64,000 bases of DNA from Longimicrobiales bacterium (GTDB taxonomy: Bacteria; Gemmatimonadota; Gemmatimonadetes; Longimicrobiales; Gaopeijiaceae), in NCBI GenBank assembly GCA_965203485.1, contig OZ241892.1:1376001-1440000 (forward strand). Reading direction: 5' to 3'. Shown here piece by piece: positions 1 through 10,775 of this stretch (position 1 is the stretch's first letter; the number at the start of each line of letters is the position of its first letter). The translations under genes were made by a program, and so were the position numbers. The notes under the pieces were generated by a model, which was not told the DNA's origin, ran no database searches, and saw only the letters and a list, made by a program, of their open reading frames with translations.

Positions 1-1
1 G

Positions 2-391
2 GGCTCCAAGGTTCGCATTCCGGGACAGGGCGAGAGCGGCAACGGCGGGGGCCCGCCCGGCGACCTCCTCGTGGCCTTCAAGGTGCAGCCGCACCGCTTC
101 CTGCGCCGCGAAGGCGCCGACATTCACGCCAGCGTCTCGGTCAACCTCGCCCAGGCCACGCTCGGCTCGACGATTCGCGTCCCGACGCTTTCCGGCAAGA
201 AGGCGGAACTCCGCATCCCGCCGGGCACGCAGCCCGGCACCCGCTTTCGCATCAGGGGCCACGGAATCCGCCGCGACGGCAAGGTGGGCGACCAAGTAGT
301 CGAAGTGAACGTGAAGGTCCCCAAGTCGCTGGACCCCGAGGGGCAGAAGCGCATGAAGGAGTTCGCCGCGCTCTCCGACATGAAGTGGTAG
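2..391 (+). CDS. dnaJ: DnaJ chaperone, C-terminal part (5' truncated by window)
   Basis: The frame from nt 2 reads GSKVRIPGQGESGNGGGPPGDLLV...HRFLRREGADI...IPPGTQPG...GDQVV, the typical DnaJ C-terminal domain. Confidence 0.9.
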   Translation, partial: GSKVRIPGQGESGNGGGPPGDLLVAFKVQPHRFLRREGADIHASVSVNLAQATLGSTIRVPTLSGKKAELRIPPGTQPGTRFRIRGHGIRRDGKVGDQVVEVNVKVPKSLDPEGQKRMKEFAALSDMKW

Positions 392-427
392 CTTCGCGGG
401 CCGGCGCGGCCGAGCCCAGCCGGCCGC

Positions 428-456
428 TTCCCGAGGCAACGGCGCGTCGCTAACAT
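428..456 (+). promoter_or_regulatory. Candidate sigma70 promoter for sucCD
   Basis: TTCCCG (428-433), 17-nt spacer, TAACAT (451-456), in the dnaJ-sucC gap. Confidence 0.35.
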
Positions 457-521
457 TTTCGGGTTGCGTTGCAGCCTTGCTCGGCCCGTCGCAACCGATC
501 CCTCCCGCCTCGCCTTCGTCC

Positions 522-1655
522 ATGGACCTCTACGAGCACCAAGCCACGGAACTGTTCGCCGCTGCCGGCATGAGGGTGAACCGGGGCTCCGTCGCGGACT
601 CGCCGAGCGCCGCGCGAGCAGCCGCGGAGAGCATCGGATGCCCGGTGGTCGTGAAGGCCCAAGTTCACACCGGAGGCCGCGGAAAGGCCGGGGGCGTCAA
701 GCTTGCGCGGGATCCCGCCGAGGCGTTCGAGCGGGCCGGCGCCATTATCGGGCTCGACATCAAGGGACACCGGGTCCGCAGGGTGCTCGTGGCGCCCGTC
801 GAGGAGATTCGGTCCGAAGCGTACGCCGGCGTACTAGTGGACCGGGAGACGCAGAGCCCGGTCGTGATGGTTTCCGCCGAGGGCGGCGTGGACATAGAGG
901 AAGTGGCCGCCCGGAATCCCGCCGCGATCCACAAGGTGCGCGTGGATCCGCGCTACGGTCTGCTCGCGCACCAAGCCCGCGGGCTGGCCGCCCGGCTGTA
1001 CTCGGAACCGTCGCTGGCGAAGCAGGGCGCGAGGGCGATCGCGCAGCTGTACGCCGCCTTCGCGAACAACGGCGCTTCGATGGCGGAGATCAATCCGCTC
1101 GTGGCCAACGGCTCGGGCGAGGTCGTGGCGCTCGACGCCAAGATGAGCATCGACGACAACGAACTCTTCCGCCGTCCGGAGATCGCGGCCCTGCGGGACC
1201 CCGGGGCCGAGGGAGCGGCGGAGCGGCGCGCTCGGGAGGCCGGACTCAGTTTCGTCAAGCTGTCCGGCGCGGTGGGTTGCTGCGTGAACGGGGCCGGCCT
1301 CGCGATGGCGACGATGGACTTGGTCAAGCACTACGGGGGCGAGCCCGCCAACTTCCTGGACATCGGCGGCTCCTCGTCGCCCGACAAGGTCGTCGCCGCG
1401 CTCGAGATCATCACGGCGGACCCCGACGTGAGGTCCGTTCTCTTCAACATCTTCGGCGGCATCACGCGTTGCGACGACGTCGCGCGAGGGATCGTCGAAG
1501 CGACCGGCCGAATCGACTTGGGCGTCCCCCTGGTGATTCGCCTGACGGGCACGAACGAGGCTCTCGCGAAGGAGATGCTGGACGAAGCGGGCTTCGCGTT
1601 CGCGTCGTCCATGGACGAAGTGGTCGAGCGGGCGGTGAGCTTGGCCGGCGGCTGA
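522..1655 (+). CDS. sucC: Succinyl-CoA synthetase beta subunit
   Basis: MDLYEHQA start, KAQVHTGGRGKAGGV, NGAGLAMATMD, PANFLDIGG, NIFGGITRCD. Confidence 0.97.
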   Translation: MDLYEHQATELFAAAGMRVNRGSVADSPSAARAAAESIGCPVVVKAQVHTGGRGKAGGVKLARDPAEAFERAGAIIGLDIKGHRVRRVLVAPVEEIRSEAYAGVLVDRETQSPVVMVSAEGGVDIEEVAARNPAAIHKVRVDPRYGLLAHQARGLAARLYSEPSLAKQGARAIAQLYAAFANNGASMAEINPLVANGSGEVVALDAKMSIDDNELFRRPEIAALRDPGAEGAAERRAREAGLSFVKLSGAVGCCVNGAGLAMATMDLVKHYGGEPANFLDIGGSSSPDKVVAALEIITADPDVRSVLFNIFGGITRCDDVARGIVEATGRIDLGVPLVIRLTGTNEALAKEMLDEAGFAFASSMDEVVERAVSLAGG

Positions 1656-1683
1656 GGACCAGTCTGCCCAATCCGGAACGGAC

Positions 1684-2571
1684 ATGCCGATATTCGTTGA
1701 CCGCACCACCAAGGTTGTCGTGCAGGGGATCACGGGACGCGACGGATCGTTTCATGCGCGTCAGATGATGGAGTACGGAACCGCGATCGTGGCGGGCGTG
1801 ACGCCGGGCAAGGGCGGACGGCTGTTCGAGGGCCCGCAGGGCCGCGGCGTGCCCGTCTTCGACACGGTGGGCGAGGCGGTGGACGCCACGGGCGCCGGCG
1901 CGTCGGTGATCTACGTGCCCCCGGCGGCCGCGGCCGGAGCGATCATGGAGGCCGCCGACGCGGGCATCGGCTTCGTCGTGTGCGTGACCGAGGGCATTCC
2001 GGTCCTGGACATGACGCGCGCCCACGCCTTCGCCCGAGACCGGGGGACGAGGGTGCTCGGCCCCAACTGTCCCGGCATCATCTGTCCGGGCGAGACGAAG
2101 CTGGGCATCATTCCGGCCGAGATCGCGGCACCGGGTCCGGTGGGCCTGGTTTCGCGCTCGGGCACGCTGACCTACGAGGCGGTCTACCACTTGACTGCCG
2201 CCGGGCTGGGTCAGACTGCGTGCGTCGGCATCGGCGGAGACCCGCTGGTCGGCACGAGCTTCGTGGACTGCCTGGAGGCGTTCGCGCAGGACGAGCGGAC
2301 CGAAGCGGTGGTGATGATCGGAGAGATCGGGGGCACGGCGGAGCAGGACGCGGCGGCGTGGGCCGGCGAGCGCTTGAAGGTGCCGGCCGTGGGGTTCGTG
2401 GCGGGCCGGACCGCTCCGCCGGGCACGAAGATGGGCCATGCAGGCGCCATCATCAGCGGGTCTGCCGGCACGGCGGAGGAAAAGACGCGGGCCTTCGAGG
2501 AGAACGGCGTTCGGGTCGCGGAGCGGCCCGTCGACATCGTGGCGCTCGTGAAGGAGTCGCTGGGCCGGTAG
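1684..2571 (+). CDS. sucD: Succinyl-CoA synthetase alpha subunit
   Basis: [30 protein letters not shown] (phospho-His). Confidence 0.97.
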   Translation: MPIFVDRTTKVVVQGITGRDGSFHARQMMEYGTAIVAGVTPGKGGRLFEGPQGRGVPVFDTVGEAVDATGAGASVIYVPPAAAAGAIMEAADAGIGFVVCVTEGIPVLDMTRAHAFARDRGTRVLGPNCPGIICPGETKLGIIPAEIAAPGPVGLVSRSGTLTYEAVYHLTAAGLGQTACVGIGGDPLVGTSFVDCLEAFAQDERTEAVVMIGEIGGTAEQDAAAWAGERLKVPAVGFVAGRTAPPGTKMGHAGAIISGSAGTAEEKTRAFEENGVRVAERPVDIVALVKESLGR

Positions 2572-2609
2572 GCAAGCCATTAGCCCTCGTCGCGGGCCGG
2601 GAAGAACGC

Positions 2610-3440
2610 ATGACGCTCCATCAACTGCTGGCGGAGCCCCGCTGGGTCCGGGGCGCGGGCGGCGGCGACGCCGAGGCGTTGCGGGCGGCGTTGCGCGGCC
2701 TCCCCGGGGAGTCCGCGTTGAGCGAAGCGGTCCGGCTTGGCGAGACTGGCGAGTCCATCCGCCATGGCGCGATCGGCGGTCGCACCGGCATCCTCGACCT
2801 GGGCCGCGAGGCGGGCGGCCCCGGACTCGCGCTGGGCCTGCCGTCGTCCTCCGCGACCGGCGGCCAGGGCGAAGTCACTTGGATCGTGTGGGGCTTGGAG
2901 CGGCCGGCCGTCAATCTGTTCCTGGCGCCGGCGCTTCGCGGCTTCGCCTCGGCGGTGCGCGCCGGCGCCCGGGACGGCGACCTCGCGCCCGTCTTCGACT
3001 CGCCCGGCTTCCGCGAGACCGAGATCGTGACGGACGTCCGCGTCGCCCACGTGCTGACGCCGCTGTCCTACCGCGTCTATCCGGACACGCCAGTGTCGGA
3101 AGTCCAGAACCTCATGTTGCGCCGAGGCGTCTCGGCGGTGCCCGTCGTCGGCGAGAGCCTGGAGGTGATGGGCCTGATCACGGCCAGCGACATCCTCCCT
3201 CACGCTGTGCCGGGTGCGCTCGGTCCCGTCCGCGTCCGGGCGGCGGCGGCGCGCGAGGTCATGACCCGCTCGGTATTCTGCGTCTCGGACGCCGAGAGCA
3301 TCGTCGAGGCCGGCCGCGCCCTCGTGGCCCGCAACGTGGCCCAGCTTCCGGTCGTCAGGGAAGGGGAGATCGTGGGCTTTCTCGAGCGCGCCACGGTCAT
3401 GCGCGCATTCTTCGCACCCTCGACGGAGCAACCGAAATGA
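2610..3440 (+). CDS. CBS-pair protein with a divergent N-terminal domain (possibly PTS EIIA-like)
   Basis: C-terminal CBS pair (V..VLTP...AVPVV...[14 protein letters not shown]...[14 protein letters not shown]). ATGA overlap with ndk. Confidence 0.75.
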   Translation: MTLHQLLAEPRWVRGAGGGDAEALRAALRGLPGESALSEAVRLGETGESIRHGAIGGRTGILDLGREAGGPGLALGLPSSSATGGQGEVTWIVWGLERPAVNLFLAPALRGFASAVRAGARDGDLAPVFDSPGFRETEIVTDVRVAHVLTPLSYRVYPDTPVSEVQNLMLRRGVSAVPVVGESLEVMGLITASDILPHAVPGALGPVRVRAAAAREVMTRSVFCVSDAESIVEAGRALVARNVAQLPVVREGEIVGFLERATVMRAFFAPSTEQPK

Positions 3441-3874
3441 GCCGCACGCTCGCCATCGTCAAGCCCGACGCCGTCGCGAACGGCCAAGCGGGCCGCATCC
3501 TCGCCCACGCGGAAGGCGCGGGCTTCACGCTCGTCGCGATCAAGATGCTCGCCTTGAGCCCGGCCCGCGCCCGAACGTTCTACGCCGTCCACCGCGAGCG
3601 GCCGTTCTTCGATTCTCTGGTGGCCTTCATGACGTCGGGGCCGTGCGTGCCGATGGCGCTCGAAGCGCCCGAGGCCGTGGCCGCGTTTCGCCGCCTCATC
3701 GGCGCGACCGATCCGGCCGAGGCCGCCGAGGGCACCGTGCGCCGCATGTACGCGGAATCCAAGGAGCGGAACGCGGTGCACGGGTCCGATTCCGACGAGA
3801 ACGCCGCAAGGGAGATCAAGTTCTTCTTCCCGGAGCTGGACGCCCTCGCGCCGGGCGGCCGCGAGGAAGGCTGA
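3437..3874 (+). CDS. ndk: Nucleoside diphosphate kinase
   Basis: [35 protein letters not shown]. Confidence 0.97.
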   Translation: MSRTLAIVKPDAVANGQAGRILAHAEGAGFTLVAIKMLALSPARARTFYAVHRERPFFDSLVAFMTSGPCVPMALEAPEAVAAFRRLIGATDPAEAAEGTVRRMYAESKERNAVHGSDSDENAAREIKFFFPELDALAPGGREEG

Positions 3875-4032
3875 CCCGGGGTGACCGAGCGCCCTCGCGC
3901 CGGGCCCGCGCCGGCCGGACGGCGCCGCGGAGGGTTGCGCGGCGACGCGTCGGCGGTCGGGCGCAACGAAGTTTCCGCACTTGCTTGCGAGCGCATTGCC
4001 GTCCGCGGCCAGGGCCGCCTGCCGGGGCCCGC

Positions 4033-4578
4033 GTGACCAAGCGACTTCGCTCGAAGCGGAGCAGCTTGCTGATCGGGCTGGCCGGGTTGCGTCCGGGCGG
4101 CAAGCTGCCCGTGAAGGGCGTTGTCGGACGAGACGCGGCGTTCTGGGAAGGGGCCGGCCTCGCCTTCGAGGACGGCGTGAAGTTCTCCGGCGTTGCCGAA
4201 GTCGCGGCCGACGGCGCCTTGATCGTGCGCGGTTCGTGGTCGGCTCGGGCGGCGTACGAATGCGCGCGTTGCCTGGAGCCGCTGACGGTGCCGATGCGCA
4301 AGACGTTGGTTCTCTTCTACGGCCTCGGCGACGAGTGGGGACGCGGCGATCCGGACGCGCGCACCATTGACGCCGGGGCCGCGGAGGCCGACCTTGAAGA
4401 GGCGATAAGGGAAGAAGTGGTGCTCGAGACGCCTCGCTACTACATGCCGGAGGCGGACGACGACGGATGTTGCGCCGAGTGCGGCGCATCCGCCTCTCTT
4501 CCCGCCGACACTTCCGGCGGCCAAGGCCGCCCCGATCCCCGGTGGGCTGCGTTGGAAGCCCTGAAGACCGACCACTAG
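4033..4578 (+). CDS. yceD: DUF177/YceD family protein
   Basis: ECARCLEP, DLEEAIREEVVL, CAECG, DPRWAALE. It lies directly upstream of rpmF. Start uncertain. Confidence 0.85.
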   Translation: MTKRLRSKRSSLLIGLAGLRPGGKLPVKGVVGRDAAFWEGAGLAFEDGVKFSGVAEVAADGALIVRGSWSARAAYECARCLEPLTVPMRKTLVLFYGLGDEWGRGDPDARTIDAGAAEADLEEAIREEVVLETPRYYMPEADDDGCCAECGASASLPADTSGGQGRPDPRWAALEALKTDH

Positions 4579-4589
4579 GAAAGACGACC

Positions 4590-4772
4590 ATGGCCGTCCC
4601 GAAGAGGCGAACGTCCAAGCAGCGGAAGCGCAAGCGCCGCACGCACTACAAGGCCAAGCCCGCCACGTTGGGCACCTGCTCGACGACGGGCGACCCGGCG
4701 TTGCGCCACCGCGTGTGCCCCACTTCGGGCATGTACCGCGGCAAGACGGTCCTGGAAGTGGACCGAGACTAG
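4590..4772 (+). CDS. rpmF: 50S ribosomal protein L32
   Basis: MAVPKRRTSKQRKRKRRTH...HRVCPTSGMYRG. Confidence 0.97.
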   Translation: MAVPKRRTSKQRKRKRRTHYKAKPATLGTCSTTGDPALRHRVCPTSGMYRGKTVLEVDRD

Positions 4773-4808
4773 CCCAGCCACCGCGCTCCGGGCGCTTCGT
4801 CGCCAACC

Positions 4809-5792
4809 ATGCGTATCGCTCTCGACGCGATGGGCACCGACCACGCGCCCGCCAGCGAAGTCGAAGGCGCGATCGCCGCCGTCCAGGCGGATTCCGAGTT
4901 GCACGTGCTGCTCGTGGGCGACGAGGCCGCCATTGGCGCGCAGTTGCGCCGTCGCCGCGGACGGCCGCGCGTCTCGGTGGTCCACGCACCCGACCGGATC
5001 ACGTCGTCGGACGCCCCCGCGTCCGCCCTCCGCCGAAGGCCTCGCTCGTCGATGGGCGTGGCGCTCAGGCTCCACGACGAAGGCGAAGCCGACGCTTTCG
5101 TGTCTGCGGGGCCTACCGGCGCAGCCATGGCGGGCTCCCTTCTGGCGCTTGGGGCCCTGCCGGGAGTGGACCGGCCCACGGTTGCTGCGCTGTTGCCCAC
5201 CTCGGGCGGGGCCACGCTCCTGGCCGACGCCGGCGCCAACATCGAATGCAAGCCCCGGCACCTCGTCCAGTTTGCTCGGTTGGGAACCGTGTACATGCAG
5301 GATCTGCGCGGCGTGAGCGCACCGCGGGTGGGCCTGCTCAATGTGGGATCCGAGGCCGTGAAGGGCACGGAAGTCGTGCAGGAAGCGTACAGGCGGCTCG
5401 AAGGCAGCGGACTCAACTTCGTCGGCAACGTCGAGGGGCGCGACATCATTCACGGCGCATGCGACGTGCTGGTCTGCGACGGCTTTGCAGGCAACGTGCT
5501 TCTCAAGTTCTACGAATCGGTGGCCGGCTTTCTGGTCGACAACCTGCGCTCGCGGCTGGGCGAACGTCAGCTGGAGCCCGAAGTCGAGGAGGTGTTTCGC
5601 GTCTTGGACTACGAGGAATACGGCGGCGCGCCCCTGCTGGGAGTGGACGGAGTGAGCGTGATTTGCCACGGAAGTTCGTCGCCGCGCGCAATCCGCGCGG
5701 CCCTCGCCGTAGCGTCCGGTGCAGTGCGCAGCGGCGTGGCTTCGCACATCGCCCGAGACCTCTCGCCGCGTCGCAAGGAGCCCGCGTTGTGA
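4809..5792 (+). CDS. plsX: Phosphate acyltransferase PlsX
   Basis: RIALDAMGTDHAP, GVDRP, DAGAN, NFVGNVEGRD, VCDGFAGN, YGGAPLLG, HGSS. Confidence 0.97.
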   Translation: MRIALDAMGTDHAPASEVEGAIAAVQADSELHVLLVGDEAAIGAQLRRRRGRPRVSVVHAPDRITSSDAPASALRRRPRSSMGVALRLHDEGEADAFVSAGPTGAAMAGSLLALGALPGVDRPTVAALLPTSGGATLLADAGANIECKPRHLVQFARLGTVYMQDLRGVSAPRVGLLNVGSEAVKGTEVVQEAYRRLEGSGLNFVGNVEGRDIIHGACDVLVCDGFAGNVLLKFYESVAGFLVDNLRSRLGERQLEPEVEEVFRVLDYEEYGGAPLLGVDGVSVICHGSSSPRAIRAALAVASGAVRSGVASHIARDLSPRRKEPAL

Positions 5793-6787
5793 GGAAGAAG
5801 CCCGGACCCTCGGTGCGCATTGCGGCCACGGCGCGGTACCTGCCCGAGAGGGTGCTGGCCAACGCCGACCTGGAGCGCATGGTGGACACCACCGACGCCT
5901 GGATTCGAGAGCGCACCGGCATCCTCGAACGGCGCATCGCACCCAAGGAGACGACGGCGGCCGACATGGGCGAGCGCGCGGCCCTTGCGGTCATGGAGAA
6001 GGCGGGCGTCGAGCCGTCCGACATCGACCTGATCGTGGTCACGACGGCGACGCCGGACCGCTGGTTGCCGTCCACGGCGTGCGAAGTGCAGTCGCGCATC
6101 GGAGCGTCGCGGACGTCGTTCGCGTTCGATCTGCACGCCGCCTGCACGGGCTTTCTCTACGCCCTTTCCGTGGCCGAAGGACACGTCGTCGCCGGCCAGT
6201 GCGAGACGGTGCTGGTCGTGTCGACCGAGAAGATGTCTTCGATCATCGACTGGCAGGACCGCTCCACCTGCATCCTCTTCGGCGACGGAGCCGGCGCCGC
6301 CGTCGTGGTCCCCAGCGAGGACGACAGAGGCATCCTGTCCAGCTACCACCGCTCCGACGGCGACATGGCGCTCTTGCTGCAACGGCCCGCGGGGGGCGCC
6401 GCGCAACCCATCGACGAGCGCGCGCTGCGCAACCGAGATCACCTGCTTCGCATGTCGGGCCGCGAGGTGTTCAAGTCGGCCGTGCAGTCCATGGCCCGCG
6501 GGGGATTCCAAGCGCTCGAGGACGCGGGCAGGACGTGCGACGAAGTGGACTTGATGGTTCCGCACCAAGCCAACGTGCGCATCATCGAGGCCACCGCGCG
6601 CTACGCGGGCATTCCCGTCGAGAAGGTGTTCGTGAACCTGCACCGCTACGGGAACATCTCGTCGGCGACCATTCCCGTCGCCCTGGACGAGGCCGCCGAA
6701 CAGGGACGCCTGCAGGCCGGCGCCTTGGTGCTTCTGACGGCGTTCGGCGCAGGCCTCACCTGGGGCGCCATGACCATGCGCTGGTAG
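5789..6787 (+). CDS. fabH: 3-oxoacyl-ACP synthase III
   Basis: DTTDAWIRERTGI, AACTGF (Cys), LFGDGAGA, PHQAN, GNISSA. GTGA overlap with plsX. Confidence 0.96.
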   Translation: MRKKPGPSVRIAATARYLPERVLANADLERMVDTTDAWIRERTGILERRIAPKETTAADMGERAALAVMEKAGVEPSDIDLIVVTTATPDRWLPSTACEVQSRIGASRTSFAFDLHAACTGFLYALSVAEGHVVAGQCETVLVVSTEKMSSIIDWQDRSTCILFGDGAGAAVVVPSEDDRGILSSYHRSDGDMALLLQRPAGGAAQPIDERALRNRDHLLRMSGREVFKSAVQSMARGGFQALEDAGRTCDEVDLMVPHQANVRIIEATARYAGIPVEKVFVNLHRYGNISSATIPVALDEAAEQGRLQAGALVLLTAFGAGLTWGAMTMRW

Positions 6788-6801
6788 GGGTCGGCGCGGC
6801 C

Positions 6802-7713
6802 GTGGCGGTTGGGCTCCTGTTTCCGGGACAGGGTTCGCAGCACGTCGGCATGGGCAAGATCCTGGCGGAGCGCTTCCCTGCGGCGCGCGCGACGTTCGAG
6901 GAAGCCGACGACGTGCTGGGGCTTCGTCTCTCGCGCTTGGCGTGGGAAGGGCCGGAAGACGCCTTGCAGGCCACCGAGAACGCGCAGCCGGCGCTGTACG
7001 CGCATTCCCTGGCGGTCTACCGGGCCGCCAAGGAGGGCCTGGGCGGCGTGGCCGTCGCCGCCGGACACTCGCTGGGCGAGCTCTCCGCGCATGCGGCGGC
7101 CGGCACGTTCTCGTTCGCGGACGGACTCCGCGCGGTGCGCAAGCGTGGCGAGCTCATGGCCCGCGCCGGAGATTCGGCTCCTGGCGCCATGGCCGCCGTG
7201 CTGGGCCTCGACCTTGACGCCGTTCGGGAGCTGTGCCGCCAAGTGGGCGAAGCGGGCTTCACTGTGGTGCCGGCCAACGTCAACGCGCCCGGCCAGGTCG
7301 TGGTCAGCGGCGATGTCGAGGGCGTGGAGCGGCTGGGGTGGGCCGCGTCCGGGCGCGGCGCGCGGCGCGTGACCCGGCTGAAGGTGTCGGCCGCCTTCCA
7401 TTCTCCCTCGATGGCCCCGGCCGCCGATGCGTTCCGCGAGCACTTGGCCGGGATGCGCTTCGAGCGTCCCGCGTTCCCGGTCGTCTCCAACGTGACGGCG
7501 CGGGAGACGGCCGACTCCGAGCGCGTGCGCGAACTTCTGGTGCGCCAGCTGACGGCGCCGGTGCGCTGGATCGATTGCGTGTCCCGGATGCTCGCCTTGG
7601 GCGCCGAGCGGTTCGCCGAGCTGGGGCCCGGTCGGGTCTTGGCGGGGTTGAGCCGGCGAAACGCGCCGGGCGTGCCGGTCGAAGCGCTCGGCGACGGGGG
7701 CACCGCCGCGTGA
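6802..7713 (+). CDS. fabD: Malonyl-CoA:ACP transacylase
   Basis: [38 protein letters not shown]. Confidence 0.96.
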   Translation: MAVGLLFPGQGSQHVGMGKILAERFPAARATFEEADDVLGLRLSRLAWEGPEDALQATENAQPALYAHSLAVYRAAKEGLGGVAVAAGHSLGELSAHAAAGTFSFADGLRAVRKRGELMARAGDSAPGAMAAVLGLDLDAVRELCRQVGEAGFTVVPANVNAPGQVVVSGDVEGVERLGWAASGRGARRVTRLKVSAAFHSPSMAPAADAFREHLAGMRFERPAFPVVSNVTARETADSERVRELLVRQLTAPVRWIDCVSRMLALGAERFAELGPGRVLAGLSRRNAPGVPVEALGDGGTAA

Positions 7714-8585
7714 CCGGCGCCGAACGTTCGGGCGCGCCCGGGGCCATTCCTGCCGGCTTGGAGCGCCGCGGCGGGCCGCGCGCTTCTTCGCCGTCGAAGG
7801 CCGGCGGCGGGACCGGCTTGGCGGAACAGGAAGGGCAAGCGTCCGGCGACGGTCCGTTGTCCGGCGGCGCAGCGCTCGTGACGGGCGGGTCGCGGGGCAT
7901 CGGGCTGGGAATCGCGCAGGCGCTGGCCCGCGACGGCGCGCGGGTCGTCCTGGCGGCCCGCGACGGCGAGCGAGCGTCCACCGCCGCTTCCACGCTTCCC
8001 GGCGAAGGGCACTTCGGGATCGCCTGCGACGTGTCGAGCGCCGACGAATGCAAGGCCGCCGTCGCCGCCGCCGCTGCCCGCCTGGGTCCCGTCTCGATCC
8101 TGGTCAACAACGCCGGCATCACCCGCGACAACGTCCTCGTGCGGCTCCGCGACGACGACTGGACCGACGTGCTGGCGACCAATCTGGGAGGCGCGTTCAA
8201 CATGATCCGCGCCGCCGCTCGCGGCATGATGCGGAGCCGCGCCGGATCGATCGTCAACGTTAGTTCGGTGATCGGCTTGACGGGCAACGCGGGACAGGCG
8301 AACTACGCCGCGTCCAAGGCGGGCATCCACGGCCTCACGAAGTCGGCGGCGCGCGAGTTGGCGCCCAGGGGCGTGCGCTGCAACGCCGTGGCTCCGGGAT
8401 TCATCGAGACCGACATGACGGCGGCGCTCGGCGAAACCCGCGTGAACGAGTTGCTGGAAAGGATTCCGCTGGGCCGCCTCGGCCAGCCCGCGGACGTGGC
8501 GGGGTTGGTCGCGTTCCTTGCGGGACCGGCGGCGCGTTACATTACCGGACAGGTCTTCGCGGTGGACGGAGGCATGACCATGTAG
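7710..8585 (+). CDS. fabG: 3-oxoacyl-ACP reductase
   Basis: [35 protein letters not shown]. The start may be GTG 7710 or TTG 7818. Confidence 0.95.
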   Translation: MTGAERSGAPGAIPAGLERRGGPRASSPSKAGGGTGLAEQEGQASGDGPLSGGAALVTGGSRGIGLGIAQALARDGARVVLAARDGERASTAASTLPGEGHFGIACDVSSADECKAAVAAAAARLGPVSILVNNAGITRDNVLVRLRDDDWTDVLATNLGGAFNMIRAAARGMMRSRAGSIVNVSSVIGLTGNAGQANYAASKAGIHGLTKSAARELAPRGVRCNAVAPGFIETDMTAALGETRVNELLERIPLGRLGQPADVAGLVAFLAGPAARYITGQVFAVDGGMTM

Positions 8586-8694
8586 GCTCGGCGTCCTCGT
8601 CGGGCCGCTTGGCGCCTCCCCAGCGTGCCGCAATCCCTTCAGGCTCCACACTACTTCCCACCAAAGCCCCGCGACGGGCGGAGAAAAAGCGAAC

Positions 8695-8934
8695 ATGTCC
8701 GACACTCCGGAAGCCAAGGTCAAGGAGATCATCATCAACGAACTCGGCGTGGAGCCCGACAAGGTTGTTGCGGAAGCGTCCTTCGTCGACGACCTGGGCG
8801 CCGATTCGCTCGACACCGTCGAACTCGTCATGGCGTTCGAAGAGGAGTTCGACATCGACATCCCGGACGAGGACGCCGAGCAGATGCGCACCGTGGGGGA
8901 CGCGATCTCCTACATCGAGAAGCACGCGGAGTAG
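8695..8934 (+). CDS. acpP: Acyl carrier protein
   Basis: [20 protein letters not shown]. Confidence 0.98.
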   Translation: MSDTPEAKVKEIIINELGVEPDKVVAEASFVDDLGADSLDTVELVMAFEEEFDIDIPDEDAEQMRTVGDAISYIEKHAE

Positions 8935-8987
8935 CCGGGCCGGCGGCGGGCCGTCCGGGGGCGACACTCTCCCCGGAACTAGAGCCA

Positions 8988-10253
8988 ATGCACGAGGTGC
9001 GCGAGCGACGGCGGGTAGCAGTGACCGGGCTGGGCTTGGTGAGCCCCGTGGGCCTCGACGCCGAGTCGACGTGGGCCGCCTTGCTCGACGGCAAGCCGGG
9101 CGGCGGGCCGATCACTCTCTTCGACGCCCACGAGGGATTCGCCACGCGGATCGCCTGCGAGGTCAAGGGCTTCGATCCCCTGCGGCACATGGATCGCAAG
9201 GAGTCGCGCCGCTACGACCGGTTTGCCCAGCTCGCACTGGCCGCGGCGGACGAGGCGATGCGCTCCGCCGGGCTGGACGGACCGCCTGCGGGTTGCAGCG
9301 CGTCCGCGTTCGGCGTGATCTGCGGGAGCGGGATCGGGGGGATCGACACGTTCGAGAAGAATTGCGAGGCGTTGCTCTCGAAGGGTCCCGCGCGCGTGAG
9401 CCCGTTCTTCGTCCCCATGTACATACCGGACATCGCGCCGGGGCTGATCTCGATCCGCTACGGGCTCAAGGGCCCGAACTACGCCACGGTGTCGGCCTGC
9501 GCCTCCAGCGCGCACGCCATCGGCGCGGCGGCCCGCTACATCGAGCGCGGCGACGCCGATCTGATGCTGGCGGGCGGCACGGAAGCATCCGTCACTCCGC
9601 TCACGATCGGCGGGTTCGCGGCGATGAAGGCGATGTCCACGCGCAACGACGATCCGAAGCGGGCCAGCCGTCCGTTCGACGCCACCCGCGACGGCTTCGT
9701 CATCGGCGAGGGGGCAGGTTGCCTCATCCTGGAGGGACTGGATCACGCGCTGAGCCGGGACGCCGAGATCCTGGGCGAGATCGCGGGCTACGGTCTGTCG
9801 AGCGACGCTCATCACATCACCGCGCCGCCGGACGACGGGGAGGGCGCCCAGCGCGCAATGCGCATGGCCATGGACGACGCGGGCATCGGCCCGGAGCACG
9901 TAGCGTACGTGAACGCCCACGGCACTTCCACTCCTCTCAACGACGCCACCGAGACCGAGGCGATCAAGTCCGTCTTCGGAGCGCGCGCCTACGATCTCGT
10001 CGTCGGCTCGACCAAGTCCATGACCGGCCACCTTCTGGGCGCCGCGGGGGCCGTGGAGGCCGCCTTCTGCCTGTTGGCGTGCCGCAACGGCAAGGTTCCT
10101 CCGACGATCAACTTCGTCGAACGCGACGACGCGTGCGATCTGGAGTACGCGCACGGCGGCGTGGTCGAGCGGCCCGTCGAGTACGCGCTGAGCAACTCTT
10201 TCGGGTTCGGCGGCCACAACGTTTGCCTCGTCTTGCGCAGATACGAGAAGTAG
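8988..10253 (+). CDS. fabF: 3-oxoacyl-ACP synthase II
   Basis: RRVAVTGLG, SACASSAHAIG, SRPFD, NAHGTST, KSMTGHLLGAAG, SNSFGFGGHN. Confidence 0.97.
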   Translation: MHEVRERRRVAVTGLGLVSPVGLDAESTWAALLDGKPGGGPITLFDAHEGFATRIACEVKGFDPLRHMDRKESRRYDRFAQLALAAADEAMRSAGLDGPPAGCSASAFGVICGSGIGGIDTFEKNCEALLSKGPARVSPFFVPMYIPDIAPGLISIRYGLKGPNYATVSACASSAHAIGAAARYIERGDADLMLAGGTEASVTPLTIGGFAAMKAMSTRNDDPKRASRPFDATRDGFVIGEGAGCLILEGLDHALSRDAEILGEIAGYGLSSDAHHITAPPDDGEGAQRAMRMAMDDAGIGPEHVAYVNAHGTSTPLNDATETEAIKSVFGARAYDLVVGSTKSMTGHLLGAAGAVEAAFCLLACRNGKVPPTINFVERDDACDLEYAHGGVVERPVEYALSNSFGFGGHNVCLVLRRYEK

Positions 10254-10256
10254 CGG

Positions 10257-10766
10257 ATGGCGGGCCCTCCGCCGCTTCGGGTCGGCGCTGGATACGATTC
10301 GCATCGCTTCGACCCCGGGCGGCCCCTCGTGCTGGGCGGCGTGCGCTTTCCGGAGTCGGCGGGACTGGCGGGGTTCTCGGACGGAGACGCAGTCGCGCAC
10401 GCGGTGATCGACGCGTTGCTGGGCGCCGCGGCGCTGGGCGACGTGGGGCGGCATTTTCCGCCGGGCGACTCGCGGTGGCGCGACGCCGACTCGATGGAGC
10501 TGCTTGGCCGGGTGGTCCGGATGGTTCGGGAAGAATCGTGGGAAGTCGGCAACGTCGACTTGACGGTCGTGTGCGAGCATCCGAGGATCGGGCCGCGCGC
10601 CGCGGAGATGACGGAGGCGCTGGCCGGGCGCTTGGGCGTGGGACGCCGTTGCGTCTCGGTGAAGGCGAAGACGAACGAGGGCATGGGATGGATCGGCCGC
10701 CGGGAGGGCGTGGCGGTTCACGCGGTGGCGCTTCTGGTGCGGACGACGGTCCCGCCGTCGGGTTGA
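10257..10766 (+). CDS. ispF: 2-C-methyl-D-erythritol 2,4-cyclodiphosphate synthase
   Basis: RVGAGYDSHRF, SDGDAVAHAVIDALLGAAALGDVG, VKAKTNEG. Confidence 0.95.
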   Translation: MAGPPPLRVGAGYDSHRFDPGRPLVLGGVRFPESAGLAGFSDGDAVAHAVIDALLGAAALGDVGRHFPPGDSRWRDADSMELLGRVVRMVREESWEVGNVDLTVVCEHPRIGPRAAEMTEALAGRLGVGRRCVSVKAKTNEGMGWIGRREGVAVHAVALLVRTTVPPSG

Positions 10767-10775
10767 GTTCCGGTC

